This document shows positions 27,073 to 38,233 of a stretch of DNA of 64,000 nucleotides, piece by piece. The position numbers and the translations under genes are program-made. The notes under the pieces are model-generated. The model did no database searches. It saw only the letters and a list, made by a program, of their open reading frames with translations, and was not told where the DNA came from. The stretch spans positions 53,940,001 through 54,004,000 of the forward strand of contig NC_134477.1 in assembly GCF_964194025.1 (NCBI RefSeq), given 5' to 3'. Origin of the DNA: Convolutriloba macropyga. Lineage: Eukaryota. Position 1 is the stretch's first letter, and the number at the start of each line of letters is the position of its first letter.

Positions 27073-28002
27073 GGCGACAAAGCACCAACTGTTAAAAACA
27101 CCCAGCTCCTCAAGCCAGCTTCGAACCCTCCATTTGAGCCTGAAGATGACATGGAGGTCATGAAATCAACAAGAGGCATTCGAGGACCGCTCAGCATGGA
27201 ATCTGAAAGTCTGGCTAAAGGTTCTTCGAAGCTGGGTTCTAAGGCCACTTCAGAGAAAAATGAGTCCGGATCTGGAACAACGAAGGGACTTTCCGGCACC
27301 GGTGGAAGTGGTGCAAAGTCAGCAACTGGATCTCTGGGCGCGCAAATAGAAGAAGGGTCTGAGGATTTCGAAAGTGGTTCAGGCGAGGTTTCGGGACCCG
27401 TTGGGCAGAAATCTCAATTATCTGCTGAAAGCAACAAGAATGGTTCCAGTTCTGGTATGAACTCAGATGATGGATCTAAAAGTTTTGGAGGTAGTTCCAC
27501 AAAAGAACAATCTGGGTTTGGTGGCTCCTTAAATGAGAACTCAGAAAATGGTGGACCAAGCCACAACGAAACTGGTCTCACGGGAGGCTCAACTGCGAAA
27601 GGGCAGTCTGGGTTTGAAAATTCTACGAAATCGAAATCCGGATTTGATTCCAAGACAGGTCAGTCCACAAAAGATCAATCAGGGATCAACATCGAGGAAA
27701 CTTCGAAAGGTCCGTCAAATTTCAATGGTGCATCAACTGCAGGTAACACAGGGTTAAGTAAAAGTAAAGGCGGTTCAGCAAAAACGGGGATTTCTGGTTT
27801 GGATGACGTTGGCGAGGGTTCTGAAAACGAAGGCGAACCAGGAACTGAAAATGAAGACCAGTCCCAGGAGAACCCTGAAGATAATGAAGATTATGCCGAG
27901 GAAAGTTATGAAGGCCAGGGTCTATCGGAGGGCGAAGCGACCAAAACAGACTCGACCGGTTCCTCAACGTCTAAAGAAAAAGATTCAACTAGTTTCTCTT
28001 AG
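27073..28002 (+). CDS. Putative alternative terminal exon of the KLC gene (about 310 aa, Ser/Gly/Glu/Lys-rich), or a disabled exon
   Basis: A 316-codon open frame with higher GC than the surrounding intron and a composition like the giant exon. It is in phase 0 with the preceding donor via aag|GGC at 27072/27073. A stronger acceptor ttccag| at 27030 is also in frame but is followed by TAA at 27040. No consensus phase-0 donor was seen, and AATAAA lies at 28115-28120. Confidence 0.55.
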   Translation, partial: GDKAPTVKNTQLLKPASNPPFEPEDDMEVMKSTRGIRGPLSMESESLAKGSSKLGSKATSEKNESGSGTTKGLSGTGGSGAKSATGSLGAQIEEGSEDFESGSGEVSGPVGQKSQLSAESNKNGSSSGMNSDDGSKSFGGSSTKEQSGFGGSLNENSENGGPSHNETGLTGGSTAKGQSGFENSTKSKSGFDSKTGQSTKDQSGINIEETSKGPSNFNGASTAGNTGLSKSKGGSAKTGISGLDDVGEGSENEGEPGTENEDQSQENPEDNEDYAEESYEGQGLSEGEATKTDSTGSSTSKEKDSTSFS

Positions 28003-29880
28003 TCGCATTTTTAGTCTAATAATAGTTTCCTCTATTGTGTATGAAAAGAAACTAAGTCTACCAAAGATTGAAATAACGAGAAAATATTTTGTTTAGAAAA
28101 TCTAGTTTTGCATGAATAAACTTCATAAACAAAAGTGGCTATACCTATAACAATTGAAATGTTCTGCTGCTCTGTTCTGTATATCGCGGATTATTAGATT
28201 ATTATTAGGTGAACATGAGCTTATTCCTGAAAACGCATTTTCGACTGAATTGAGTGCGTGACATCATTTTTCACTTAGTGGAGCGGGTTTTTTGTTCATT
28301 TGAAATGACTTCCTAACTCTGAAATTGACTTTTCCTTAATTCAATTTAAAGGGAAAAGGTTAAGTGAGTGTTTTCCACTCCATTTGAAGGTTATTTGAGA
28401 GCAGCTATGTTGGTATTTTTTTCTAAGGTATGTGTTTCTAACAACTTAACCCAAAAATAAACAGAATTTTAGTTAGTTTTGATATTTCTAATAGCGTGAT
28501 CTGTTACTTAGGTGCTCTACTTTTTTATTTGCCTTACCTTTCGATCGCGTTTTTCGTCAACATAAGTCACCACGTCCACGTTTGACTCCGAACTTAAGTA
28601 CAATTTTGGGATCTAACTGAAACTTCACATAACTGATAACTCTTTTTACACTTAGAGGCAAATTCTGTCAGTTTTTGTCTGAAATTCTTTTCCTTACTTG
28701 TCACTCTAATTGAGGGTTATTTGAGAGCAGCTAATAGTGGCAGCAATACGTTATAAAGAATCCTACTCAAAATATAATATCTCAGCATATAAAAGGAAAA
28801 TTTTTTTGGCCTCAGCATATAAAAAGAATTTTTAAGGATCTTAAGAAACTTCACACCATTTAGAACACATTTTACACGTGAGACCAAATTCTGCCAATTT
28901 TTGTCTCTTTTCTTTCTTGTTTTAGTCTGGATTTTTGTCAATTATGTAACCTTATGTCAATTATGTCAATTATGTGGCTATTTGCCGGCTTTGTTCAAAT
29001 TTGAAGTTGTATTTGAGTTTTTTAGTTTAAAAGGCTGATGTAGTACTTATGTAGTTCTTTCAGCTACGCTATTGGGCAGAGTTTAGCAAGAACGATAGTT
29101 GTTTTATTGACAATAACGCAACAAACTTGAGCAATTTAATTTAATTTTGATTTTTAGTTTATCTACTCTGCCTGTTAAATGACAAGCAAAGTTTGCTATT
29201 CTGCAGTTGGTTTTCTATTGTTTGCCACGAGATAGGTTTTGTGCGTCCTAAGAAGTTTGGCCTGAGCGTCCTAAGAAGGTTTTCTGTTCTATAAATATTT
29301 CAATATGAAATGTTAGTTTTCAATTCTTCAACAAGAAAATCTACAATTCAGGTTTTGACTTTTTCCATTTTTGTAAAAAGAAATTGTTTCTGCTTAGGTT
29401 GGCTCCTAAGCAGCAAACGCAGCTTTAGTAATTTACTGTTGTTTCTGTTCGTCTAAAAAGTCGACAAAGTTGAACAAAATTGAGTCAAAAGAGTTTTCTA
29501 GTATTCTTTTCTCATTAATTAAATTTTTTAAAGTGGTAACCTTAGAAACGTTTGGGTGAGTTAGTGTTAACTTAGAAAATATCCCTAACTTGTGCATTGA
29601 GTTGGGAGCATTGGTCTGAAATCGTATTTTCAAGATGCAGATTTTGGCAAAAGTTGATTGTTCTCTTTGGGCTGGAACATGTTTTTGTAAGAATCGTGTT
29701 CGGTATTTATCAATCAAAATTTAATTGCAAAGACTTTATAATTGTTAACTAAATTTAGATGTTTAAGCTTTCTAAAGAGACTCTAGTTATCAGTTTCTGA
29801 GTAATAAAATGTGCAAATGTGATGAGCAGATCTGCAGTACTCGGGTTTTTGCTGTCGTATTTTCATGACCCAATATATTT

Positions 29881-31031
29881 TATCATTACGTCGCCAATCC
29901 TACATTTTGAGCAAGCAAATTTGCTTGCTGAAGTCAGCGTTGTGCGCGCTCCCATGTTTTAAGATAGAAAGGGATTTATAGGTATTTGCGGCCAGCAGTA
30001 TCAATAAGGGAAACTAATTCAAATTCGCCCAAATTTGCAAGAATTCGCCAGAAATGTCCGAGATTCCGGAATTACATGGCGCGTGAGAAAAGCAAACAGA
30101 TCTTGCCACTATTATCCGCAAAATTACGTCCCTAATATCCGCTCTAAGGTAAATACTTTCCGAGGTTTAATCGTCACTGATTTCCGCAGTTTTTGATGTC
30201 TTTTTCACTATTGTCCGGATCACTATTGTCCGCAACTTTATGTCACTATTATTATTATTGCGTTTTTATCCGCAACTTTAAAGTCACTATCATGCGCGGC
30301 TTATAATTATGAATTAGCTCAATTGTTTTGATTGCTTTAAATTTTGTTTCAGAAAGAAGGCACTGTGGGATCTTTATTAAACTAATCAAATGACCAGTTT
30401 CATCTATGAAGTGAAACAGTACTGAGGGATTTTTATCAAAATAATCACCAGGATGAAACAACTTAGTGATTCCTATTAAAATAATCTGACGCTTATTTTA
30501 GTAAACTCTAGTTTTGCTTCAGTTAGTGTTTGACGCCATTAAACTGATTGCCGCTGAGTCCAACTCACTGTCAGATCATCTAAAATAAATAGCGGTGAAA
30601 TAAAGTGAAACAGTACTGAGGGATTGTTTTCGAAATATTCACCACGATGAAACAGCACTGACTGATTCCTATTATAATCTGACGCGTATTATAGTAAGGT
30701 TAAGTTTTGCTTCAGTTAGTGTTTGATGCCATTAAAATGATTGCCACTTTTTTCAATTCACTGTCAGATGATCTGAAATAAATAGCTGTGTTAATTGCAG
30801 CTTATTTTTTTACGCCTTGATCTAAATTGTGGAAAAAGCTGACAAGTCTGTCATTAATTTTGTGATTTATAAATTAAGCGCAGCGCAATTAATTTATAAT
30901 TTAGAGCGCAGCATATATTTGAAATGGAATAGTTAATTATGCTCAAATTTGTGTTCGTGTTCGTAATTATGCTCACTCGTGTTCGTAAACGCGGACTGAA
31001 CTGAATTTGTAGGATTGGCGACGTAATGATA
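29881..31031. mobile_element. Non-autonomous DNA transposon (MITE-like), about 1.15 kb
   Basis: A perfect 24-bp inverted pair: tatcattacgtcgccaatcctaca (29881-29904) and tgtaggattggcgacgtaatgata (31008-31031). The outer TA (or AT) can be read as a 2-bp TSD. There is an internal duplication of about 195 bp (30408/30603) and no transposase ORF. Confidence 0.85.
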
Positions 31032-32959
31032 CCAAATTTTGTTAGTTTACTTGACTTCTGAGCCTATGAATTAGAAGCTTGCGACGGAGATGCCTTTTAT
31101 TTGAAAGATTGGCGACAAGGAAATTGAAGTTGTAATCAGGTGCTTATACATGCTTGTAGTAAAACTAAAATTAACAGAAAATTTTTGAAGTTATACTGAA
31201 ATACACTCTTTCAATATTTATTTGAAGTTGACGTTTCCTTCCTAAAAATGATCAAGTTCATTCGTCCTTCATTCACTTCCATACTTTAATATGGTGGAAA
31301 CACTACTGTGTTTTGCTTTCCGTTGAATGCTGTCATTTTCAAATCTATTGTTTTTGCAGTTTTTCAGTTACACATCAAATAAGCATTGGCCATCGGAGAT
31401 GTGAATTTTTTTTGCATCAGTTAATTTCTGTTAGTGTTAGAGTGTAATCGAATGGTTTAAATAGCAACTAGCTGCTGAAAAACTATCGATGTTGGAGCTT
31501 TTTTGATGTCTCACAGAATAGAAAAGCTCTAGTTATTGAATAAAATATTCGTGAATGAAGAAGATGAAATCTGCATAATGATTATAAGAGGAGTTCTTAT
31601 TGAGACGGTGGGATAACTCCTGCAGTATTCTGCTGCTGTCGTAAAGTCAAAGGCTGGCATGCTAATTTTTCAATTCGAGAGTTTAATGCTCTCCGGTTGG
31701 CTCATAACCGTCTGCTTCTTAATATAAGTGTTATAAAAAATGCGGCAAAAGGTTTCCCTTTTCATACTAAATCTTACTAGTAGTCGATAAATAGCTCTAA
31801 TGGCACCTCATCAACAGCCTACTTGCCCCGACCTGTAGAGGCAAGCTAAAATTAAATTGTACCGCTGCCTTCGAAAGCAATTCGTCCGACTTAAATCCAT
31901 TTAGGTTGTTAAGGACCGCAAAACAAAGTGGAGCGAAGTCCTCATTGGCGACATGATGGCGTTGTTCAAATGGAAATTATATATTGTACATTTTAAGAGC
32001 TAGGAGGTTCACATTTTTGTGGTAACAAAAATTAGGGATTATCGTACTCGTATGGGAGAAAAAGGCGAAAAAAAACCATTTGTCATATCAGATTAGTTAG
32101 ATTCATCTTTTACGATGAAGCCAGCTAATCACATTAGCAACTAATTCGTATCATTCTGCACCCCAAAACTTCTCCGTCTTTTGAAAAAAAAAACAGTGAA
32201 AAAATTAAAGAAACAGTGAAAACATTAATCTTAAAGCCATCATGTGAAACTTTGATCAATTAATAGGCTGGGGGAATGGAAACCACATGACTGTTGCAAA
32301 TTTCTCCCAACTGCTCTTGCGATCTTCGAATTTCCAATCAAACTCGTTATTGGTCATTTTCAAATATTTCAAAACCCAATAATAGGGAGGGGAGCCAATT
32401 TTTTTTTCAGTTTGGGCTTTCAAAAGAACACTAATTTTGATTTTTGTAACTTCTTTGAAAAACCTTTTAATAAGTTCTGGCTTTTATTAAAATGCAATTG
32501 TTTTCACAGATTTAAGTTTTTAACGAGCAATTTTCTGATTGGGTCTGCAGTGCCATAATATCTGATGTGCTCACTGTTCAAGATGCAATTTTAACTGTTT
32601 CTGATTTGTATAACAAATAGAAAATTTTTTTTAATTGCTCTCAAACGAAGATTGTAGCGCCCAGTGGGCATTAAGTGCTCTTAGAGCCTTTCAGCTCTGT
32701 TTCAGCTCAAACTGTTTTGGATACTTATACTTATGGTGTGAAGGGCGGTTCTTAGAGGTTGAAGGCACCCCCACTGTTGACACCCCCCCCTATTGCGCCC
32801 AACCCCCCCCCCCCAACCGGGCTGTTGCCCCCCCCCACCCCAGTGTTGCCCCACCCCCAATCAGCCCCCGGTGCACCCCACCCAACCCTCCGCCCCCCCC
32901 CCCCCCCCCTCTCTCTCTCTCTCCCATTGCTAGCTACTGACGAACAGCCGCTTGCTATA

Positions 32960-34310
32960 AACGCAATTTTATACTGTTTTGCAATTTTTTCTAGGTTTTT
33001 GAAAAATTTCGACATTGTTTTATCAGCCCTAGCTGTCAAGGAACCTCCTCTAGAGTATGATAATAGGTTACTGCATTGTTTCTAGTGGTATTGGAAGGGT
33101 TTCAACATTTTAACATACGAATTTTAGCAATTTTTTGACAAAACGTGCAATTTTTTAAAATTTTTTGACATTTTCTTCCTTATCCAGGTCTTTCCAGACT
33201 CAGGGGCTAGAGAACATCCTATGGGGTTTGATAATAACTTACTGACAAATTTTTAACGGTCATGGAATAGTTTTTCAACTTTTTAATGCCACAAATTTTA
33301 GCAATTTTTTGATAAAACTTGCTTTTTTTCAAGTTTTTTTGTAATTTTTTGTCGGTTTTTAGATTTTTTCAGCCTTAAGAGCCGCGGAACCTCTAGGGTT
33401 TGAAGATAGGTTACTGAATAGTTTCCAGATTAAACGGAATGACTTTTTTAACATCACAAATTTTAGCATATTTTTGATATTTTTGCCATTTTTTCCAATT
33501 TTTTTAAACATTTATAGTCATTATTCAGATTTTTCGAGCTTCAAAGGTCAAAAAAGCCTCCATTGGGGTTTGATAATAAGTTGTTAGAAAATTTTTGTTG
33601 GTCATGGATTAATTTTCAACTTTTTAATATCACATTTTTTAGCAATTTTTTTTTATAAAACTTGAAATTTTGAAGTTTTTGAAATTTTTTTCTAGGTTGC
33701 TCTAGTCTCAAGAACCTCGGAACTTCCGCTAGGGTTTGATTATATGTTACTGCATAGTTGGTAGACATAATGGAATGTTCGTCAAGATTTTAATATCACG
33801 AATTTAAGCAATTTTTAAACATATTTGCAGTTTTTTCATGTTTTTGATTTTTTTCCGGCAAAAGAAGCCCTAGTGCCTCCTCCAAGAATTGATAATAAGC
33901 TGCTGAATAGTTTCGAGAGTTAATGGGTTTATGATCAACCTTTTTTATGACTCCAGTTTTAGTAATATTTGGATAAAAATTAAACTTTTCAAATTTTTAT
34001 GTTCCAAGCGTATGGATCTTTGAGCCAGTGAAACTATTTCAGGCTTGAAACAGGGATACTGGATAATCTCTTGAGACAAGGAAATGGTTCTTACGATATT
34101 ATTGTCTTGAATTTTAGCAAGATTTTGTTAAAGTTTGCAATTTTTTTGATATTTTTTCAATATTTTTTGTCCTTTTCTGAGTTTAACGACCATTACTGGC
34201 CAACGAAACTTTTCAAGTCTCGGAGATGGGTTACTTGACAGAACTTTTGAGACAAAAATGGTTTTAATTTTTTTTATTGCGAAGTTGAAAACTTTTTAAA
34301 TTTTGCCCTC
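32960..34310. repeat. Degenerate tandem satellite, period about 155-177 bp, 7-8 units
   Basis: Recurrent (a)attttagcaattttt at about 33121, 33295, 33460, 33637, 33802, 33957 and 34111, each preceded by gg(g)tttgataata...ttactg-like motifs. Confidence 0.75.
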
Positions 34311-36661
34311 AGTTTTCTATATGATTTGTTTATTAACAAGGTTAGAAAACTAGAAGTTGCAGTGTCGAATCCAATCATGGAATATAGTCCTGTCTCCTTC
34401 TCTCTCTTTCGGTTGGGGTTTCTTTCCTTCTCTTTCTCGTTCACGTTTTATCTCCCTCTTTCACTCTCTCTTTTTGTTGATTCCGCACTTCAGCTGCTGT
34501 TATGTGGCGTAATGTCACCATCTCTGTTCGTCATTATCAATGAGTTATAGTTGAAATATTTTTTATCATAAATGATCTAACAGGCACTTTTAGGAAACCG
34601 TTGTTAATTGCTGTCAAAAGCAATGTGTAGAAAATATATTAATCCTGTTTGTCTTTATGCAATTTTTCGCTTGGCCGATTTTTTTTTATCCTACTCATTT
34701 GACTTTCGTGTTCAGAAACGGGATAAAGAGGTAGCGCCGTGAGGTCACTAATTCGTGGCTAGCTGTTGACAAAGCCAACCGCTCGCCGGTCGCTTGAGAG
34801 CAATTCGCTCGACGTTAGTCGGTTATGTTTGAGTTTTGTTGCGACAATTTTTGTTTTTTTTACGTCAAATAGTTACCATTGTCTTATCTTGTCTCTCTAC
34901 CATTTGGCGTTTTTTAGTTCATTGTTCAACGTTTGACCGTTTTAAAAGAATAAAATTGTAAAGCAAACTGCATTTTTGAAATTTCATTTAAATTTTTAAT
35001 TTTTGGTATTTTTAGCTAAATTGGCTCCAAATACACGTAATGTCCAAATACACGTAATGTCCAAATACACGTAGCGCTGTCAAATTTTTTAGCAACCCGT
35101 TCTTGATTTAACCAACTGTTTATTTGCTCTTGCCACTTCATGCTCATTGTTTTTTTGAAAATCTGTTATGTTTATATTTTTTGCGAGGTAGGTTTTTCCT
35201 CTGTCAATTTTCCAGTTTTTCTTTACCCATCAATTTTTTGTTTTGATCCCTTATTTTCTAGCTCTCAAAAATTTGATTCATTTAATTTTTTTTGAAAGTA
35301 AATATTGACGAAAAATTGAAAAGAGGGCAAAAATAACTTAATTTCAAACTTGAAAACACTTTGACTAGAAGCTGTGGAAACTCGCTGTAAGTTGTGTTGA
35401 AAATATTTTTAAGCAAAATGAGAAAATTTATAATACCTGTTTGTAGGTGGTAATAGTTTATCATGCATCTGCTAGTTTGAAAATGATGTTCTCTGGAACA
35501 CCAAAGCTTAGCGTAGCTCTAAAGAGTCTAATCAAAAGCGTGAATATAAGAAAGAGTACGTAGGGTTTTTGAAAGAAAGTGGATCAGAAATATGGACACG
35601 TTTTTATAAATCTTTATTCCTCTAATTTTGAAAATTCTGATCTATTTCTCTCCTATATTTTAGAATTGCCTTGATTTAACGAGGGTTTCAGATGGAATGT
35701 AGTTTTCACAGAAAAACCATAATAGAGTCAATTATTCAATTGGCTGAGTTTATTTTAAAAATTACATTTGCTGCTTTTATTGGATATTCAAAAATTTTTT
35801 ATTTTTCATTCACATGAAGAATGAAGGAGCCCGTGGTAAGCGCGATTCAAGAAAATGAAAAGAAAATAAATGTGCACAATTTTTTAAAACAAAAATATCA
35901 ACGGAAATCCCCTTTGCTCTTTTTTCAGTTCTCCGACTTGTCACGTTAACCTTCAAACTGATCTCCTATTATACGAGGCATTTTAATCAGTTGAGAAATA
36001 AAGATTTTCACGATGTAGAAATTTCTTAAAGGATACGTAATGTTTTATGTCACTAAATTTTTCAAAATAAAAAGTTTGAAAGATCATGATGTTCTTCTGT
36101 TCAATTATCTTTGATAAGTTTCTGGTTTGTTTTTTTTTCAATGCTTCTTTTTTTGTGTGTTGAAAATATGGAAATACTGAAATCTATAAATCGCTCTATC
36201 GTTTTATTCCATCGCACAACTGTTTTTTGAAAAATTACTAAGGGATTGTTACACTACAGAAAACCTCACAGTACTTTTTTGGATAAAGTTTTTTTAAAGG
36301 GTTTTCCCCGCATTTATTGTCTTTTTGCTCTGATTGGAGAGTTCAAAAAATTAATTAATTTTGAGCTTTTTTGCGGCCAGATCCAGTTTTTTGGCCAGAG
36401 GTCAGTTGTTTTTACCACCAAGTAAAGGGAGAAACATTACGCTGGCCGGGCTTAGTTTTATCAATTTTAACACCCAGAAATATTTAGCAGCAAAAGACAA
36501 GCGTTCTTGTCAGGTTTGTTTTGAAAAAAAAATAAAACGAAGCTATGCTAAGCTAGGGAATATCTAACATATGTCGATCTAACATAGCATAACATATTTG
36601 CATCTGACAATTAGCTTTCGTTGTAGTCTAGTTAATAACTTTGCTATGGCTCTAATTTCAG

Positions 36662-36749
36662 AGTGGATCACCTGAGAATGCCAAGGGCGCCAAAGACGAA
36701 CTTGGTTTGGACATCGGAGATCTGGACGACGCCAGAGATTCATCAACAG
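36662..36749 (+). CDS. KLC: KLC linker exon: SGSPENAKGAKDELGLDIGDLDDARDSST(E)
   Basis: Acceptor ctaatttcag|AGT and donor CAG|gtaaaa, phases 0 and 1, which bridge the 26687 donor and 47195 acceptor exactly. It is a GC-richer acidic island in AT-rich intron, at the position of the KLC acidic linker. Confidence 0.8.
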
Positions 36750-38233
36750 GTAAAAAAAAAGTTTTGAATTTTTTTTCATGACCTCATGAATGCTTTTGTT
36801 ACCGTAAATTTGTGTGAACGATTTAATGACAGATGCAACAAGTGTAAATTATCTTTGACTTCGAGAAATAAAATCCAGGTGAATGCTGATTTTTGCATAG
36901 AATAATGAATTTAATTCTCGGATGAGCTGTTCTCTGATTTAAAAAATGGCGGCTGGTTTTTGTGGTCATGTTTATAACCAAATAAGTAGTTCTGACAAAG
37001 CCAAATTGTTGTGCAGGTTACAATATGGTATTACATGCATTAGTATTGCTTGTATGGGTACGAGTTACAAGCAATACTAATGCAAATGAAATCGAGAGTC
37101 AGAATTCTAATGTTGGTTTTCAACTGCAGTACGGGTCTAAATTGTATGCCTTTTTATCACCATATCACCGAGAATAAATGTTGAGGTAAAAAACTAATAA
37201 CTCAAAAATATTATTGAAATAAAAAGAACAGATATGGGCTAACGTTTCAAAACGTTACAAAAAATATCTCTTTTGAGGCGTTTCTTAGTCCACGAGAGAA
37301 ACTTCGTGTACCAGCAAATAGTTGCTCGTTTTGATATGAGCCGCTATCCCCTAAAGTAAACGAATTGTTAAAAATTATAGATACTTTTTTACAAGAAACT
37401 TTGTGTCAATTTGAGGCTTTTTTAATTGCTTGCAAACAAAGTTTGTAGCTATTATAGTCCTGTGGTCTTTTTATGCACTTTATCGCTTGACCGATTTTTC
37501 GTCTGCTCTCAGAGCAGCGCTGTGAGAGCCTTTCGCCTTACTAGTCTCTAAGTATGCGATTCACCGAAACTGTCGAGGAGACATTAATGGTATGATGGTG
37601 ATTCTTAATCTTGAAAGTTTAACCTGCCTCAGTCACTCTCACTCCCCCGCGCCAACACATCCGTTCACCTGCCGATTTGAGCCCTTATGTCAACCAGCCC
37701 TCCCACCGCCATCTCTTGACTCCTATTCCGTTCACCCCCCCCCCCCCCCCCTCCCCCCTCCAGCGTCCCAATGCTTGCATCGCTAAGCCGCAGCTGGCCA
37801 CTACCGATGCCAACCGCTCGCAGCTCGTTTAAGAGCAATTCGAGAGGTTAGGTTACTTTTCTTGGGGAATAACAACACTACATCCTCTCCTACCACTGAA
37901 GCCGGCTACAACAATAGAACCCCCGGTGATTGTCGGACGGAGAGTAATTGGTCCAACATTGGTTGATTGTATTTAATTTTGGTTCAATTTTGGCCATAAT
38001 TTACTACGTTCGAAATTTTGTTTTAACTGATCCCCTGTTCTTACATTTGAGGTTGCTGTGTTCACTTAGTTTGTATGGTGGTTATTAAATCAGCGTAAGT
38101 AGCTTGGCCTTGCTATCGGAGTTCCCCTTTTTGTTAAAACCAATTTTTTTAGTTTTTCGGAAACAGTCTTTTTAATTATGGTATCTTCAACTCAGAGGGA
38201 TGAAGTCAAGAGGAGTTGGATAAACGGATAGAC

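Noticed and set aside
27742-27748. CAG|gtaaca as an internal phase-1 donor making the hidden exon mutually exclusive with 36662-36749
   Set aside because: It is phase-compatible with the 47195 exon, but coding-like sequence continues 85 codons past it to a stop. It cannot be supported without transcripts.
32635-33085. Proline-rich/glycine-rich ORFs (also 37592-37786 and 55771-56034)
   Set aside because: They arise from poly-C tracts in a dispersed repeat and have no splice or homology support.
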